From Eledone cirrhosa (lineage: Eukaryota): a stretch of 64,000 nt of DNA. The DNA lies in NCBI GenBank assembly GCA_964016885.1, contig OZ024747.1:39370001-39434000 (forward strand), written 5' to 3'. Of the stretch, positions 1 through 16,085 are shown one piece after another (positions within the stretch are counted from its first letter, which is position 1; every line of letters starts with the position of its first letter). The position numbers and the translations under genes were made by a program. A model generated the notes under the pieces. The model did no database searches, had not been told where the DNA came from, and worked only from the letters and a program-made list of their open reading frames with translations.

Positions 1-1574
1 TAAGAGAACATTCCTTACCAATGGATGCCTTACGATAAATAAAACCTGTCAAAAATAGGAGCTCAAATGGAAAGGTTAAAGACGAGGTTAAATTCTGCAC
101 ATATGATACTTATTCGTACTACTGATAGCTGTTCAATGATCGTGAAATTCTCCGCATGTGGTGGAAATCTATCTCTGTCGAATTAAAAGATGACACACAT
201 CACAGATAATTAATGGGTTTTATGATTATGATTTATATCAGAAGCTTTAGGAGTAAACGAAGATATATTTCTTGGTCGTTCTACGTTTAGAATGTCACAT
301 GTCGACCATCACAATATAATAGCTAAACCTCAAGTAATATCATCGATCTCTTCCTGAAATATATTCTCGGTTAAATATCATTCATACTTAATTCACAGAG
401 GCTAAATACCGACAAAATATATCTTCGAAAACATGCGTGCGATAATTTGGGAACTACAAAATTATTTCATATGAAATATCCAATGTCGAGAAATACTTGC
501 TTTGCGTACATGGTAGTCACTGCAAAAACCCTGTGCTTTTAAGGGCCAGCTTTAATGGTGACGAAAGGTTGATCTTGAAGAAGCATATCATAATTAATTC
601 TTGCATATGATTGAATCCAATTTCGGAATCTGCACACAATCGTGAATAACGTAACGATGTCTAGGTGGTGGTCCTTTTTTTATATGTGATGAGTAATTGC
701 TAATGCCTTTCTATTTGCATTGAACACTGCTATAGCTATAACCCGTGTATTAGTTTCGATAAACTCAGCTGCTCACATTGTGTTCAGAAAGTGATAAGTT
801 TTAACATAATGGCAGACTTTAAAGATGTTATTCCCTGTATAAATGCGCTTGGGATATTATATGTTATCGTTCATAGAATTAAAGTAATTTGAACATAATT
901 TCATTGGTTATGTTGTTGTATTTCAGCTGCTCACTTGATTGATATGATGCTATGTGATTAAGCCGAGGGTACATCAGCCATTGTCAAGTTTCCATTTTGA
1001 GAACATTCACAAGCAAGAAACAAGGAAATATCACAGCAATGCTATGGAATGAAGGACAGAATATGTAATTTGGAAGAATGCAGAAATGTATACAGTTGCT
1101 AATGTGTTGGTTGACCAAAATATGAATGCTTCCTCAAACGTCGGAATCACAAATGCATATAAGCTTATTATATTTAAAGATTACAAAAGAAATATCTCAT
1201 ATATGGTTATACTTTAGATTTCTACGTAACAATAAGAAGACCTTTTTCACAGACCTGTTTCACTTCCCATCACATGTATACATCGTTTAAATGTTATGAG
1301 GCAATGTGCCTTCATTCAACAAGGTAGAACAATAAAGGCAAGAAGAATTAATTTACAACGTCAGAGAAAAGCAATATTTAGATAAGGTAGTGCAATGAAA
1401 GGATCGGGTTTACAGCGTCATTTTTAATAGTAGAAAATGCATTACTACAAATCAGAAAATTGATTAGAGAGATAATGCATATCTGGGTATCCTAGGGCGG
1501 TATCCTAATTATAACAGAAAACAGGTAGGATGTTAAGCATTAACTTACCTGAAATTAGTTGTTTGTTATATATA

Positions 1575-2120
1575 TATATATATAATCAAGGTTTAGCAAA
1601 TAATGAAAAAGATTCAAAATAAATTTAAAAAAATATACTTTACTTACTATAGTTAGGTTTACAGAATCGGTTTCGAATCTCAAAAATAAACGGAAACCAT
1701 ACGGCCTTCGTTGCAAAGAAAGATTCTCGTCAGAAGGTTCTTTTTATTCGAAGAATATAAAATTCTTGAATTTAAATTACGAACTAGCGCTATCCAAAAC
1801 TGTTCCCGAGATGAGAGTAAATGAAGTGGAATCAATTTTTTCAAGGGCCGAAATTAAAGATAGAGGCAGAGGGAGGTAGGTCAATCGGCCACCACTATCA
1901 CTAGCAGCAGTCGGAACGACCAGATTTTTTCTCAACATAGAGGAGCATAGTAATAATAGGATATGTGTTCCTACACGCACAAAGCGCTAAGGGACACATG
2001 TATTGTCCAACCATATGCCAATGTGGTTCAATGGCAGGTTAATAAATTAACGAGCCAGAACATATATAATCAAGGTTTAGCAAATAATGAAAAAGTTTCA
2101 AAATAAATTTTAAAAAATTG
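1575..2120 (-). repeat. ~480 bp non-coding unit with ~55 bp direct terminal redundancy between TA tracts; contains a degenerate HHR-like core
   Basis: ataatcaaggtttagcaaataatgaaaaag...aaaataaattt occurs at ~1582 and ~2066. The minus strand at 1665-1733 reads CTGACGA-gaatct...agattc-GAAAC, but stem I is not recoverable. Confidence 0.5.
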
Positions 2121-2125
2121 ACTTT

Positions 2126-2157
<32 letters not shown>

Positions 2158-2299
2158 TGGAGAGAGGGAGAGAGAGGGGGAGGGGAGAAATGGTGAAGTT
2201 GGAAATAGCACGGAAATATATTTTAGGTCTGTCTTTCTTTTTTTTCCTATCTTTGATTTGTCAAAGTGACATTATTGAAAAAATGAGAGGGACAATTTT

Positions 2300-3300
2300 T
2301 TTTTAAAAGAGTTTTATAATGTATATAAAGTATATAAAGTATTACGGGTTTCGATGTATTATTAAAATTCATCTTATCAAATGTTGAGCATTACAATTAA
2401 AAAGTTAATAAGAATTAAAAACTAACATTTAAAGATTTAAAATTAAGTGTTGGAGTAAGTTTTTTCCCATCTTCCTTGCTCAGAAGGGGACTGGAGAATG
2501 AGTTCTTGTGTATAGAAAAGGTGGTGTCTAATCATGATAGTAGAAGCAGTGTCGGTAGTTGTGTTTCTTCACAGGACAAAATTGTTTTTGTGGGCAAAGG
2601 AAATATTCTGTTAATATGTGTGTGTATATCTGATTGTGTTAATTGACTGGTCAAAAGTTCAAGTGGGGATGGAAAGGGGGATGGGGAATTGTAAGAGACA
2701 AATTCTATGACAGCATTAGGGTTGTAAAAGAAATTCTATTATTGGAATATGGTTTTAAGTTGTGTGTGTAAAGTGTGAGGGTGTATGTATAACAATAGAA
2801 ACAGCTCCCTTTGTGGAGGGGAAATTTAAAAAAAACAGAGCAGAGTATCAGTGGTGGCTCTCAAACAGGAACTTCTGGAGAATATGTGAATGAGTAATTT
2901 TTACTCTCTCTTATTTTGTGGTATGTGGGGGTGGGTGAGGATCTAATGGGGTTGATTACATATTTAATTTTGGTTTAAATTTATTAATAAATAGTTTTTT
3001 ATTTATTCATTCTTTGTTGTTGAGTGAAAGAATCGGAGCACTTGTAAAGAGGAAGATTTTAAAGTCGGGTCGAGTCATTCCTGCACAATCTGCAATGTGG
3101 CTACTTACGGGTATTCTTCTCGTGTTTACGTCTCGGATTTGTTGGTGATGGATGGTCATCCTTTTGCATACTAACACACCCACCTGTCTTTTATAGATAT
3201 GTCGATAGCCACCGCATGTGATTACGTAGATCAGGTTCTCCGAGTTGCAAGTGAAGTTGTTTTACACTGTGAAAGTTTGGCCATCTTTAAACGAATAGAA
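2300..3300 (-). mobile_element. Penelope-like element 3' fragment (GIY-YIG endonuclease + 3' UTR with HHR-like motif), degenerate
   Basis: Manual minus-strand translation of ~3265-2955 gives FTCNSENLIYVITCGG...RMTIHHQQIRD...HIADCAG...FINKFKPKLNM*, a typical PLE GIY-YIG C-terminus. The minus strand at 2338-2385 reads TTGATAA-gatg..catc-GAAACCCGTA. Confidence 0.7.
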
Positions 3301-3720
3301 ATAGAATTTAGCTTCAGGCATAGCTGTATATAAATATGTATCGAAATTTCATATTTCTAAAGAAATACGGTTTAGGAAGACGTAGCTATGCAAATATCGG
3401 GGCTGACGCCCTTTGGTGGAGTCCAATTGGGCCAACTTATGTAGCTTCATATGCAAATGAGATTAATCACCTCATTTACACAGACGAGGAAACTATATGT
3501 TCTCGACTGTTCTCAAGTCCAGCAGTTGGAAGCGGCGGGAGAGACCATCCTGCGGAAGACCAGTCAAGTCTGAAATGCATAGAGGGTTGTCCCCCGTGCT
3601 TCTGCTAGACACCACCAGAGGGCGTTTTCATAGCTACGGCTTCCTAAAATAATGTTACTTTAGAAATACGAAATTTCTATGCATATTTGTATACATCTAT
3701 GCCTGAAGCTAAATCCTATA
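3300..3720 (+). repeat. Short non-autonomous repeat with ~100 bp imperfect inverted ends and a degenerate HHR (3544-3587); homologous to 36225-36510
   Basis: 3305-3395 is the reverse complement of 3628-3718. The internal sequence matches 36225-36510. Confidence 0.65.
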
Positions 3721-3728
3721 TATATATG

Positions 3729-6385
<2,657 letters not shown>

Positions 6386-6552
6386 AATACGCTAATATAT
6401 ATTAATATTATAGATTAAATGTTGGAGAAAAAATGTTCGCTTTCACCCTTGGCGGGATTTTCTGAAACTTTTCAATTTTCCCGCTTAGGATGAAAGCAAT
6501 TTTTTTTTGCTTAAATATTAATCTGTACTAATACTAAATATCTGCTCTACGC

Positions 6553-7418
<866 letters not shown>

Positions 7419-7491
7419 CGTAGGTCCCGGGTTGAGTCGGGGATAACCACAGTAGGTAAGGTACTCAATACATGGCAGAGTAAATTTTTTT

Positions 7492-7607
7492 TATTTTATA
7501 GAAGGAGCTTCTACAGGACTAGTACTGTTTCATTCAGATGAAATCTTCATGAAGATTTCATCTGAATGAAACAGTACTAGTCCTGTAGAAGCTCCTTCTA
7601 TAAAATA
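7492..7607. repeat. Perfect 116 bp palindrome centred at 7549/7550, made of the 3' half of an HHR
   Basis: The arms are exact reverse complements. Each arm reads TGAAGA-tttca/tc/tgaat-GAAAC...GTC. Confidence 0.85.
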
Positions 7608-7909
7608 TATATATATATATATAAGTATGTATACGTACATACATATATGTGTACAGCCGTACTAAGAGTGAGAAAAAAAATTTCGTTTCATTCTTCTCCA
7701 TATATATATATATATAGAGAGAGATAAATCTACCAAAAGTTTACGGTAGTGTCCAATTCGTATGAAGAACTCAATGTAATCCGGATATCATGAAAAGAGA
7801 ACTTGCATTCAAAAACTATTTTCGGTGAAAAATAAACGGAAAACAGAGTCAAGATAAATTAATAAAACAATGAATAAACAAAGAAACAGTTCCTTATATT
7901 AAAAAAAAG

Positions 7910-8051
7910 TCATCATTTTACGATCGTTTCTAGGATATATATGTGTTAGAGTTGGTATGCATATTCTATAGATCTATGTACAATATTTATACAAACTATC
8001 AGAGGGAATATACATACCTACACATATATATGCTGTCTTCAGAAATAATGA
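7910..8051 (-). ncRNA. Type I hammerhead ribozyme with greatly extended (~105 nt) stem II
   Basis: tcattattt-CTGAAGA-[atatatatgtgt/acacatatatat; ggtatgtatattc/gaatatgcatacc]-GAAACGATCGTA^aaatgatga. Stem I has 9 bp and stem III is palindromic. Confidence 0.7.
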
Positions 8052-8760
8052 TATTTGTTTATTGAAAATACAAAGATTCAATACAATAGGTCTGTTTGGG
8101 AACAGGTTTTGAATTGACCAATAGAGAGATAGTAAGGGTCAAGATAGTAATATAGTAGTAGAAGAACCTTAAATTATGGGTAGAGGAAGGTAGAATTCAG
8201 TTTTGGATGGAAAAGAATATTATGAATGAAGGATTATTTTAGAGGAGAAAATAGGTCGTATGCTGACCTCAGGAATAAATTTATTTGTTCATTGAATAAA
8301 ACCAACAAAGATATAATATATTCTGTCTGTTTGGTAAGAGGTTTAGAATTAACCCATAGAAAGTTAATAATTGGCCAAATGGTAAAAGAGTAGTAATTGA
8401 AGCTTATTTTCGGGGTGAAAATAGGTCAGGTGGTCAGTAAAAGGTATACAAGCAGTTGTTGTTATAAAATAGTAATTCCAATGCAAATATCTAAGGAGAC
8501 TAAAGTTTTACGATAAGAGTGTTAGTGAAAAAAAATACATCGATGAAAAGAATATAAATTAATTTAATTGATGGGTATATTTATATTGATAAAATTATAC
8601 TAATACATATAGATATGATAAATAAGAGTTAGATGCAGTTGAAAAGTGGTGTTAAAGATGAGGGGAATTAAAAGAATATAAAAATAATATATATATATAC
8701 ATATATATATATACATATATACACATACACACACACACATACACACATATATACATATAT

Positions 8761-8814
<54 letters not shown>

Positions 8815-9516
8815 GCAAATATACATACATATATATATTTATATATATACACACACACATACACACATATACATATAATTATTGGGGGGGGGGGGATTAA
8901 AATTTTTAGTGAGAAATAATAAATATATAAAGATTTCAAGGAACATAGAGTCATAACCTGAAGTTAAAGCATTATATATGTTTACTTAATGGTATCAGTT
9001 TTAGGAAATGATAGTTGTAAGAAGGAAAGCACAATTATGTAGTTCATCAGTGGTAGAATATAATTATAGGTTAACTAAATGTATATATTAATTTCTAAAG
9101 TGTATATTAATTAGGTTTATAATATTTAAAGGTTTTTCTCAGTTTATGATTACACGATATTATTAATTCCTGTCGCTTATTTAATAGGATATCCTTAGAT
9201 TTCATTATTTCAAAAAGTTCCTGGGAACATAATCTACATTCATATCTACTATTTTGGTAAGGGGTGGCCCTTTTGAGCACACTCCACGTCAGGTCATAAT
9301 CTATATTCCTCTTTCTATAACTATTAATTATTTCAGCTAGAGATGTTGTATTAGCTAGTGCGGCATTTTTAAAAATAGCTTTCCGACAGGTTTGCGGTCG
9401 TACCCCTGGCAGTGTAGACTTTTGGTGTCCTCGGCCCCAGGGCTACCTCCTTACTCACCACCACAGGCGCTGAGCTGGCCAGCCGCAGGTGTGAGCCCCG
9501 CGAGTTGGAGTGACTT

Positions 9517-9638
9517 TTACAGCGCGTCTCCCTTGCCGTCCTCCGGGGAAACGCCTCCTCCATTCTGTCCGCCGGGTCTGTTTGTGGGCCCCATCACGTA
9601 CCGTTGTAGTTGATGTAGAAGAAACAGGAATACAACAA
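9517..9638 (-). CDS. Possible terminal coding exon of an unidentified host gene (xVVFLFLLHQLQRYVMGPTNRPGGQNGGGVSPEDGKGDAL*)
   Basis: Isolated GC-rich non-repetitive island (~9370-9640). An actttccag acceptor is followed by an open frame to TAA. No homology recognised. Confidence 0.25.
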
Positions 9639-10317
9639 CTGGAAAGTTTGATTTTCTACTTTATCATTTACTTCTGCACTGAAATATATATACTATCAAT
9701 CTGTTCACGGAGATATTGTTACTTTATAGCAAGTAATAATTTATACAAGCCGAAACACAATCCAATCTCTGTGTCTAATTCGTACAGTAATATACAGACT
9801 GCCAATATATATTAATGATTTACTTAATAGAACGCGAAGGAGCGTCTTTGTTTTCGTTTCGGATAATTTGAACTTTAAGTTAACATTGTAATTAACATCT
9901 AATTAAGCCGCGTGGGGAAATATAAATATCTCCTGTAACCCAAATTACTACCCTTATTAAAAATGTATAATTTATATTTCAAGCCAATCAATCTTCTTTG
10001 GCAGATCATACGCAACTATGGAAATTAGAGATCACCTTTATTCTAACAGAAGTTATTATTTTATACATTACTAACATAATAAACTATCTCTGGAATAAAT
10101 AGAATATACTTTCAATGCATAGGACGGAATAGAATTAACAACTATTCAGTTTCATCCATATTTTTCCATCCGATTTACAAGCCCAGATTTGCAAGTACTT
10201 TTCTATGATTCAAAGTGAGACAAAACCTTATTTGTATTAAAATGCAATATGTTCATTTCAACGTGATCTGATAATTCATTACTCTAATTGCTCACACACA
10301 CACAAACACACACACAA

Positions 10318-10367
<50 letters not shown>

Positions 10368-10504
10368 TTAGGTTTGTTGGTTCAGCACTGGATAGAATTG
10401 GTCATTCCGTATGGTCAATTTTGGTGTAATATTGCGGAGAGTGCTCAACGTAGTGCAGTTCACCCGTCTTCGTTTGTGTAGTTGGTGTTGCGAATACGGA
10501 GTTA

Positions 10505-11535
10505 ATTATAAATAAAATAAAAGGAGGCTGGACTGGTGTAAATCCTTGAAAGGTTTATTATACTATGATCATTTCAATGACCGGGTTCTATATGAATCCG
10601 GTGATATCATCAGGTATTGGAATATAACAAAGGTATATTTAAAAAACCATGGGTCCGAAAAATCAGAGACAGAGACAAAGAGGACGACTGACCAACTAGC
10701 TGCTTTCACCTCGGCCAGTCGCCCTCAAAGTGATGGCAACTCAATCCACTAATGACCATCTGGTGTGGGGGCGAAGGCTTATAATGCACTACCACCTATC
10801 CGTCAAAGAAAAGGGGGAAGAAAGAAAGAAAGGAAGAAAGAAGAAATGAGGAAGAAAGAAGTCAGCGTAAGGGTCACACTACAGTCATGCTAGAAAACGC
10901 CGCAAAAAATGCTACTCCAAAGAATCTATATTTAACAAAGGCATATATAATGGGTGTCTGTATGGTCTAATGTGTGAACCGAAAATTGGAAGGTTAAACT
11001 TATGTTACGAGTTATAGGATGAAATTAAATTAAAAAATAAATTTAAAAAATATTTTTAATTTAATTTCATCCTATAACTCGTAACATAAGTTTAACCTTC
11101 CAATTTTCGGTTCACACATTAGACCATATAGATTCTTTGGAGTAGCATTTTTCGCGGCGTTTTCTAGCATGACTGTAGTGTGACCCTTACGCTGACTTCT
11201 TTCTTCCTCTTTTCTTCCTTCTTCCTTTCTTTCTTCCCCTTTTTCTTTGACGGAGAGGTGGTAGTGCATTATTAGCCTTCGCCCCTCACCAGATGGTCAT
11301 TAGTTGATTGAGTTGCCATCACTTAGAGGGCGACTGGCCGAGGTGAAGGCAGCTAGTTGGTCAGTCGTCCTCTTTGTCTCTGTCTCTGATTTTTCGGAGC
11401 CATGGTTTTTTACATATTCCTTTGTTATATTCCAATACATGATGATATCACCAGATTCATATGGAACCCGGTCATTGAAATGATCATAGTATAATAAACC
11501 TTTCAAGGTTTTATACCAGTCCAGCCTCCTGTTAT

Positions 11536-11545
<10 letters not shown>
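10505..11545. repeat. ~1 kb fold-back (arms ~500-540 bp, slightly diverged), each arm carrying an HHR
   Basis: The arms are reverse complements around ~11045, and the near-identical ORFs 10546+ and 11300- reflect this. HHRs lie at 10560-10617 (-, core intact) and 11435-11492 (+, core ATGATGA). Confidence 0.85.
10560..10617 (-). ncRNA. Type I hammerhead ribozyme
   Basis: atac-CTGATGA-tatcaccggattc/atata/gaacccggtcatt-GAAATGATCATA^gtat, with palindromic stem III ATGATCAT. Confidence 0.7.
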
Positions 11546-11591
<46 letters not shown>

Positions 11592-12557
11592 CCTCACTAT
11601 CGGAGAAAAAGTATTTTTCGTAACAATAATATTATTTATGTCTATTTTTTCATATTGAATATGACACTGAGTCTCAGTATTAATCGAAAATGCCAGACAA
11701 AGTTGTTTCAAGATTTATTAATCTTTCATCACCCTCATTCACTTAATTAGTACTGACAGGGAAATAGCTTAGAGTTTATAAAGATTATCTGTGATGAACA
11801 GTTGCAGAAGATACATATATAACAAAGAAAAAACATTAGCTGCAAATTCTTATTTGATATAATGCCAGAATTAATTAACGGGAGCACTCAGACAGCGTTC
11901 AGGCACAATAGAGGTGCATATAAAAACATATACTATATATTTATAGACATTAAGGTATATTGGTTGCCTCGCTTTAAAGAAAACAATATTTATACGTAAC
12001 GAAAATATATATTCTCAGTGGGAAGTGATACAATTGTAAATATACACCCGGTACACACACACCTATTTCTCTATTTAGAGGATTTAACTGGAATTCAGTG
12101 AGCACAGCAATCATTTTACTCAACATTTATATATATTTTTTTGTTTGCAATAATCACCAAAAGCACCTCATTTCTAAGTTAGTATTAACAATTATTGACT
12201 GATATTTGGCAAGATTCTCTGCTATGAGGTTAAAATCAGTAAACGCTTATATTATTTGCGCACCTTTCTCATTTTATGTTGAACTAAATTGTTCGCGAAT
12301 TTGTTTCAACTGATGCATTTTGACAGTTTATATTATATTTTTTGGCGAGTTGCCTAAAATCATTGATTATTTGTCTACTAGAAGAAGAATTATGCATATT
12401 GGGTGATTCTACCTATGATTGTGGATAGCGATTTTAGTTAGTAAACGTCTCGACAGCGGTTGGCTTCGAGATCGAGTCTCATTCTGTCGCCGAGTCGTTG
12501 TGTTAGGATGAACTATGACAAGATTTAAGCTAATCGAGCCAGAATTCATCGGTTCCC

Positions 12558-15500
12558 TCCTGTTCTTGGATTGGAAAAGCGTATCCTTCAAAGTGGGAAC
12601 CAATATAACGGTTGTTGGTCTAAGATAGACTACTTTCCTTATCTATATTACTCTTACTCTGGAGTTTCCTGGCAACATATCCATGCATGATTTTTTGCTG
12701 ATAAGCATGCAGTTTTTCATCCATGGATTCACTGCGATACTGCAGAGAGACGTCCCTGGGTGTGAGTTTTTGATTATCACACAGGGAATATCTCTTGAGG
12801 AGTTCCTTCCCACTGCTCATGATCTTATCGGTTTCATGCAGATAGACTTGCTGAAGAAACGGGCTCCTACGCTTCGAGGTTCGTAGATGCTGTCGGAGAG
12901 ACATGATGCGACATTCAAATCTTGTCTGGACTGATGTTAGGCCTCTGCCTCCCTGCTCACGTTTCAAGTAAAGATGGTCTATGTCACTGTTGATGTGGAA
13001 GTTTCCGATGTTGTTTAGTATTTTTCGAGTTCCAACATCAACTGCTCAGATGTCGTCTATCGTCCAATTGAAATTCCAAACGTTGGTGTAAAGACAGGCA
13101 TCACAAATACATTGTGAGCCACTGTTTTGTTTTGCGCAGAGAGTTCCAATGAACAGATATTTCTTAATCAGGTGTAGTATGCCCTGGTTACGCGTTCTGT
13201 ATTACAGATACCATTATAGGATATGTTCTCATCTATCCTCAGGTATCAATAGCAGTCCTCATCAGATATCGGTGAAACAGTTAGGCCATTGATGACAATG
13301 TTGCTAGATTGGGTTGTTGTTTTTCCCCGCTTTACAGTCATGTATGAGCATTTATCTTGGCCAAACACCATTCCTATATCCTTTGAGAACGTTGTAACCA
13401 GGTCAAGCTTTTTCTTCATCCCATCCATGTTCTTGGCATAGAGTTTCAGAACGTCCACAAAGAAATGATGGGTTAGGTTCGTATTTCTGTCCTCCTGTGA
13501 GCCAATGATGTATCCCTCACATTTCCTGAGCAGAAAGGACAAGGGGTTTAATGACAAGATGAATAATATCACAAAGAGACTGTCCCCCTGAAATATACCC
13601 CTGCAATATTTCATTTTATCAGTGAAAATAGAGTCCTCCCTCTCTGTCTTTAACCTTAGGATAGTAGCACAAGAAGAAGACAGCCTCTCTATGGCTCTGA
13701 CAATAATGTCTGGGACTTTAGCAAGTTGGAGGGCCTCTATCATCCAAGAGTGGGGAACAGAATCGAATGCTTTCTTGTCGCCCAGAAAGACTGCAGCCAT
13801 ATTCTTCCTAAGTTGTCGCACCTCCGACATCGCAGTTTTGTTGATTAGGAGTTGTTCAGCACATCCCGAAACCCCTTTCTTTCCAGCTACTTGTTCATCT
13901 GTGATGATGTTATTATTTTCACAGTGATTTGGAGGTATAGGTTTAGGCACGCTGTATACATCTTATACTTCAGGTTCTGGCATGCAATGGGTCGGTAGTT
14001 GTTTGTCATGTTGGTATCTTTGGTCTTGGGGACTAGTAATGTTTGTACTAATGTCAACCTTTCTGGTATAAGTGTATCGCCCCTAAGTACTTGTTGGTAG
14101 AGGTCAGTAAGATACCTCCGATAGAATATCAGTTCTTTGTACCAGTAGCCGACAATCATGTCTCTTCCTGGTGTTTTTTTATCTTGGAATTTTCCTATCA
14201 CAGTCTCAAGGTACCCTCACTTATTTCGTATGTTTTTGTTGTAGTGTAGGGGCAATAGTCTTTTTGGATTTCTCTCAGCCACACTTCATCTTGGATGAAC
14301 ATCTTCTTATCACCCCATATTTGGCTCCAAAAAGAATCTATGTCTTCGGGGATGGGGCTTCAGTGACACTTATTATTTTGTTTTTCATATCTCTATAGAC
14401 TGATGTTTGGTTTCGTCTGAATCTTTTATTAAGCACTTTTCTCTCATTTACCTTCTTCAGGTATCGGCGTTTTTCGCTAACAGCCCTCAATTCTTGTTTG
14501 AGGGTGATCAGCTTATATAGAAGAGTTCTGGTTCAACTGTTACCAAACATCGTCTCTATATTATTTTTCACTTTTTGTTGGTGAGGAGTGAGGTTTTTTG
14601 TGTTTATTTGCATGTAAGGAGTATTGTCACATGCCCTATGTTTTTCGTAGGTCAGCAAACTTTTCTTCTATTTTAGTTATATATGATGGTATTTTTGGTG
14701 GTGTTCTATTCTTGTTAATATCTCTGCTATCACCAAGATAATGCTTCACTGTATTTGCTAAGGCATATAAACAGGCGTTGATTTGGCAAACTGTTGGGGT
14801 TTTTATCCGTCGTAAACATTCATCCCCTATTTCGTCAATAACACGTAATATTTCATTTTTTGATTTTTTGTTAAACATTATCGTTTTAACACGTTCAGAA
14901 AGAGAGATATTTATACATGAGTTAATTTCTCTCTGGAAGATTTCGTTGAGGGAAATTTTCAATTGTTTATACCTTTGATTGTTATAATTATCGATAATAT
15001 TTTCCACATCAGTCGAGGTAGAATCGGGTGGTACACGTGTGTCAAATTTTTTCGATTATTATTATTATTTCTTCGATTATTATCGATAGTGTTTTCCCCA
15101 CCATTCGAGGTAGATTAAGATGGTACAGGTGGTGTCAAGTTTCTTACAAGCATAGTTGTTTCAAGGCACTGTTCGACCTGGATGCTAGAAAGTCTAGTAG
15201 CATGGCGACCTGTAGCACGTGTTGTTGATAACATGTTTGTTGTGGGGGACTTACAATTAATAATATTCATCTTATGTTTACGTTCAACAAACGTCGCCTG
15301 TTGGCGTAATTGTTTCGCTGTGAAATAATTTAGCTCTCTGTCCATTTCGTCCCAGTGTAGCTTCATTCTTTTAATAAAGTCAATGGAGGGATAGTTTTCT
15401 GCCCTTTTATAACAATTAAATAAATCATTATTAAGTTCGCAACTCCAAGAGAAATGCGATTTATAATTTCAGTTTCATCTGTAGCTAAACCTGAATAAGG

Positions 15501-15610
15501 TTTGTTTACCTTTGTTGTTCAATACTTCCTTAATTTTGTTGTTGATGTTGCGTTCAGCCATGATGTTTGTAGAAAATCCTTGTAAAATGAATTATGTATT
15601 TAGTCGGATA
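12558..15610 (-). mobile_element. R4/Dong-like RLE non-LTR retrotransposon, degenerate copy D (5' region + RT; 3' truncated)
   Basis: NYRPIACQNL, GCAEQLLIN, KKAFDSVPHSW, RGIFQGDSL, FVDVLKLYA, GGRGL. Multiple frameshifts. Confidence 0.85.
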
Positions 15611-16085
15611 TCTATATGCAACATTTTTGGAATTCTTTCATGTTTTTACTGTTCCATTAATGGATTGTACTTGTAATTTCCTAACTAGTTGTGTTCTTTC
15701 TGTTCCTGAGAAGCCTAGCTTCTCAAGATCTATATTGAGGCAGTTACTAACATACCCCAGTGCCCCATATATTCTCCTTTTCGCTAATCTTTGATATTAT
15801 ATTGGCATCTGCTGGGCAGCTAATTTCCACTACTGTGCATGCTTTCTTCTCGGTCCCATATCATAATATCTGGTCTATTATGCCTTCATTTTATTGCGGT
15901 TTTTACTGGAACATTCCACCAATACTCTTTCATATTGTGTACATGGATGTCTTTCACATTGCTGTAGCTTTTAATTTACCTTTGTTGTTCAATACTTCCT
16001 TAATTTTGTTGTTGATGTTGCGTTCAGCCATGATGTTTGTAGAAGATCCTTGAAAATGAATTACGTATTTAGTCGGATATCTAGA
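15611..16085 (-). mobile_element. Rearranged R4/Dong-like fragments (5' piece fused to RLE C-terminal piece)
   Basis: 15970-16085 matches the element 5' region. 15611-15970 matches the VEISCP...GYVSNCL...INGTVK endonuclease region. Confidence 0.7.

Noticed and set aside
9030-9060. Isolated CTGATGA on the minus strand
   Set aside because: No stem II, GAAA or cleavage triplet follows.
10546-11506. Duplicated 68 aa ORF on opposite strands
   Set aside because: It is a by-product of the inverted repeat, overlaps the HHR and has no protein motif.
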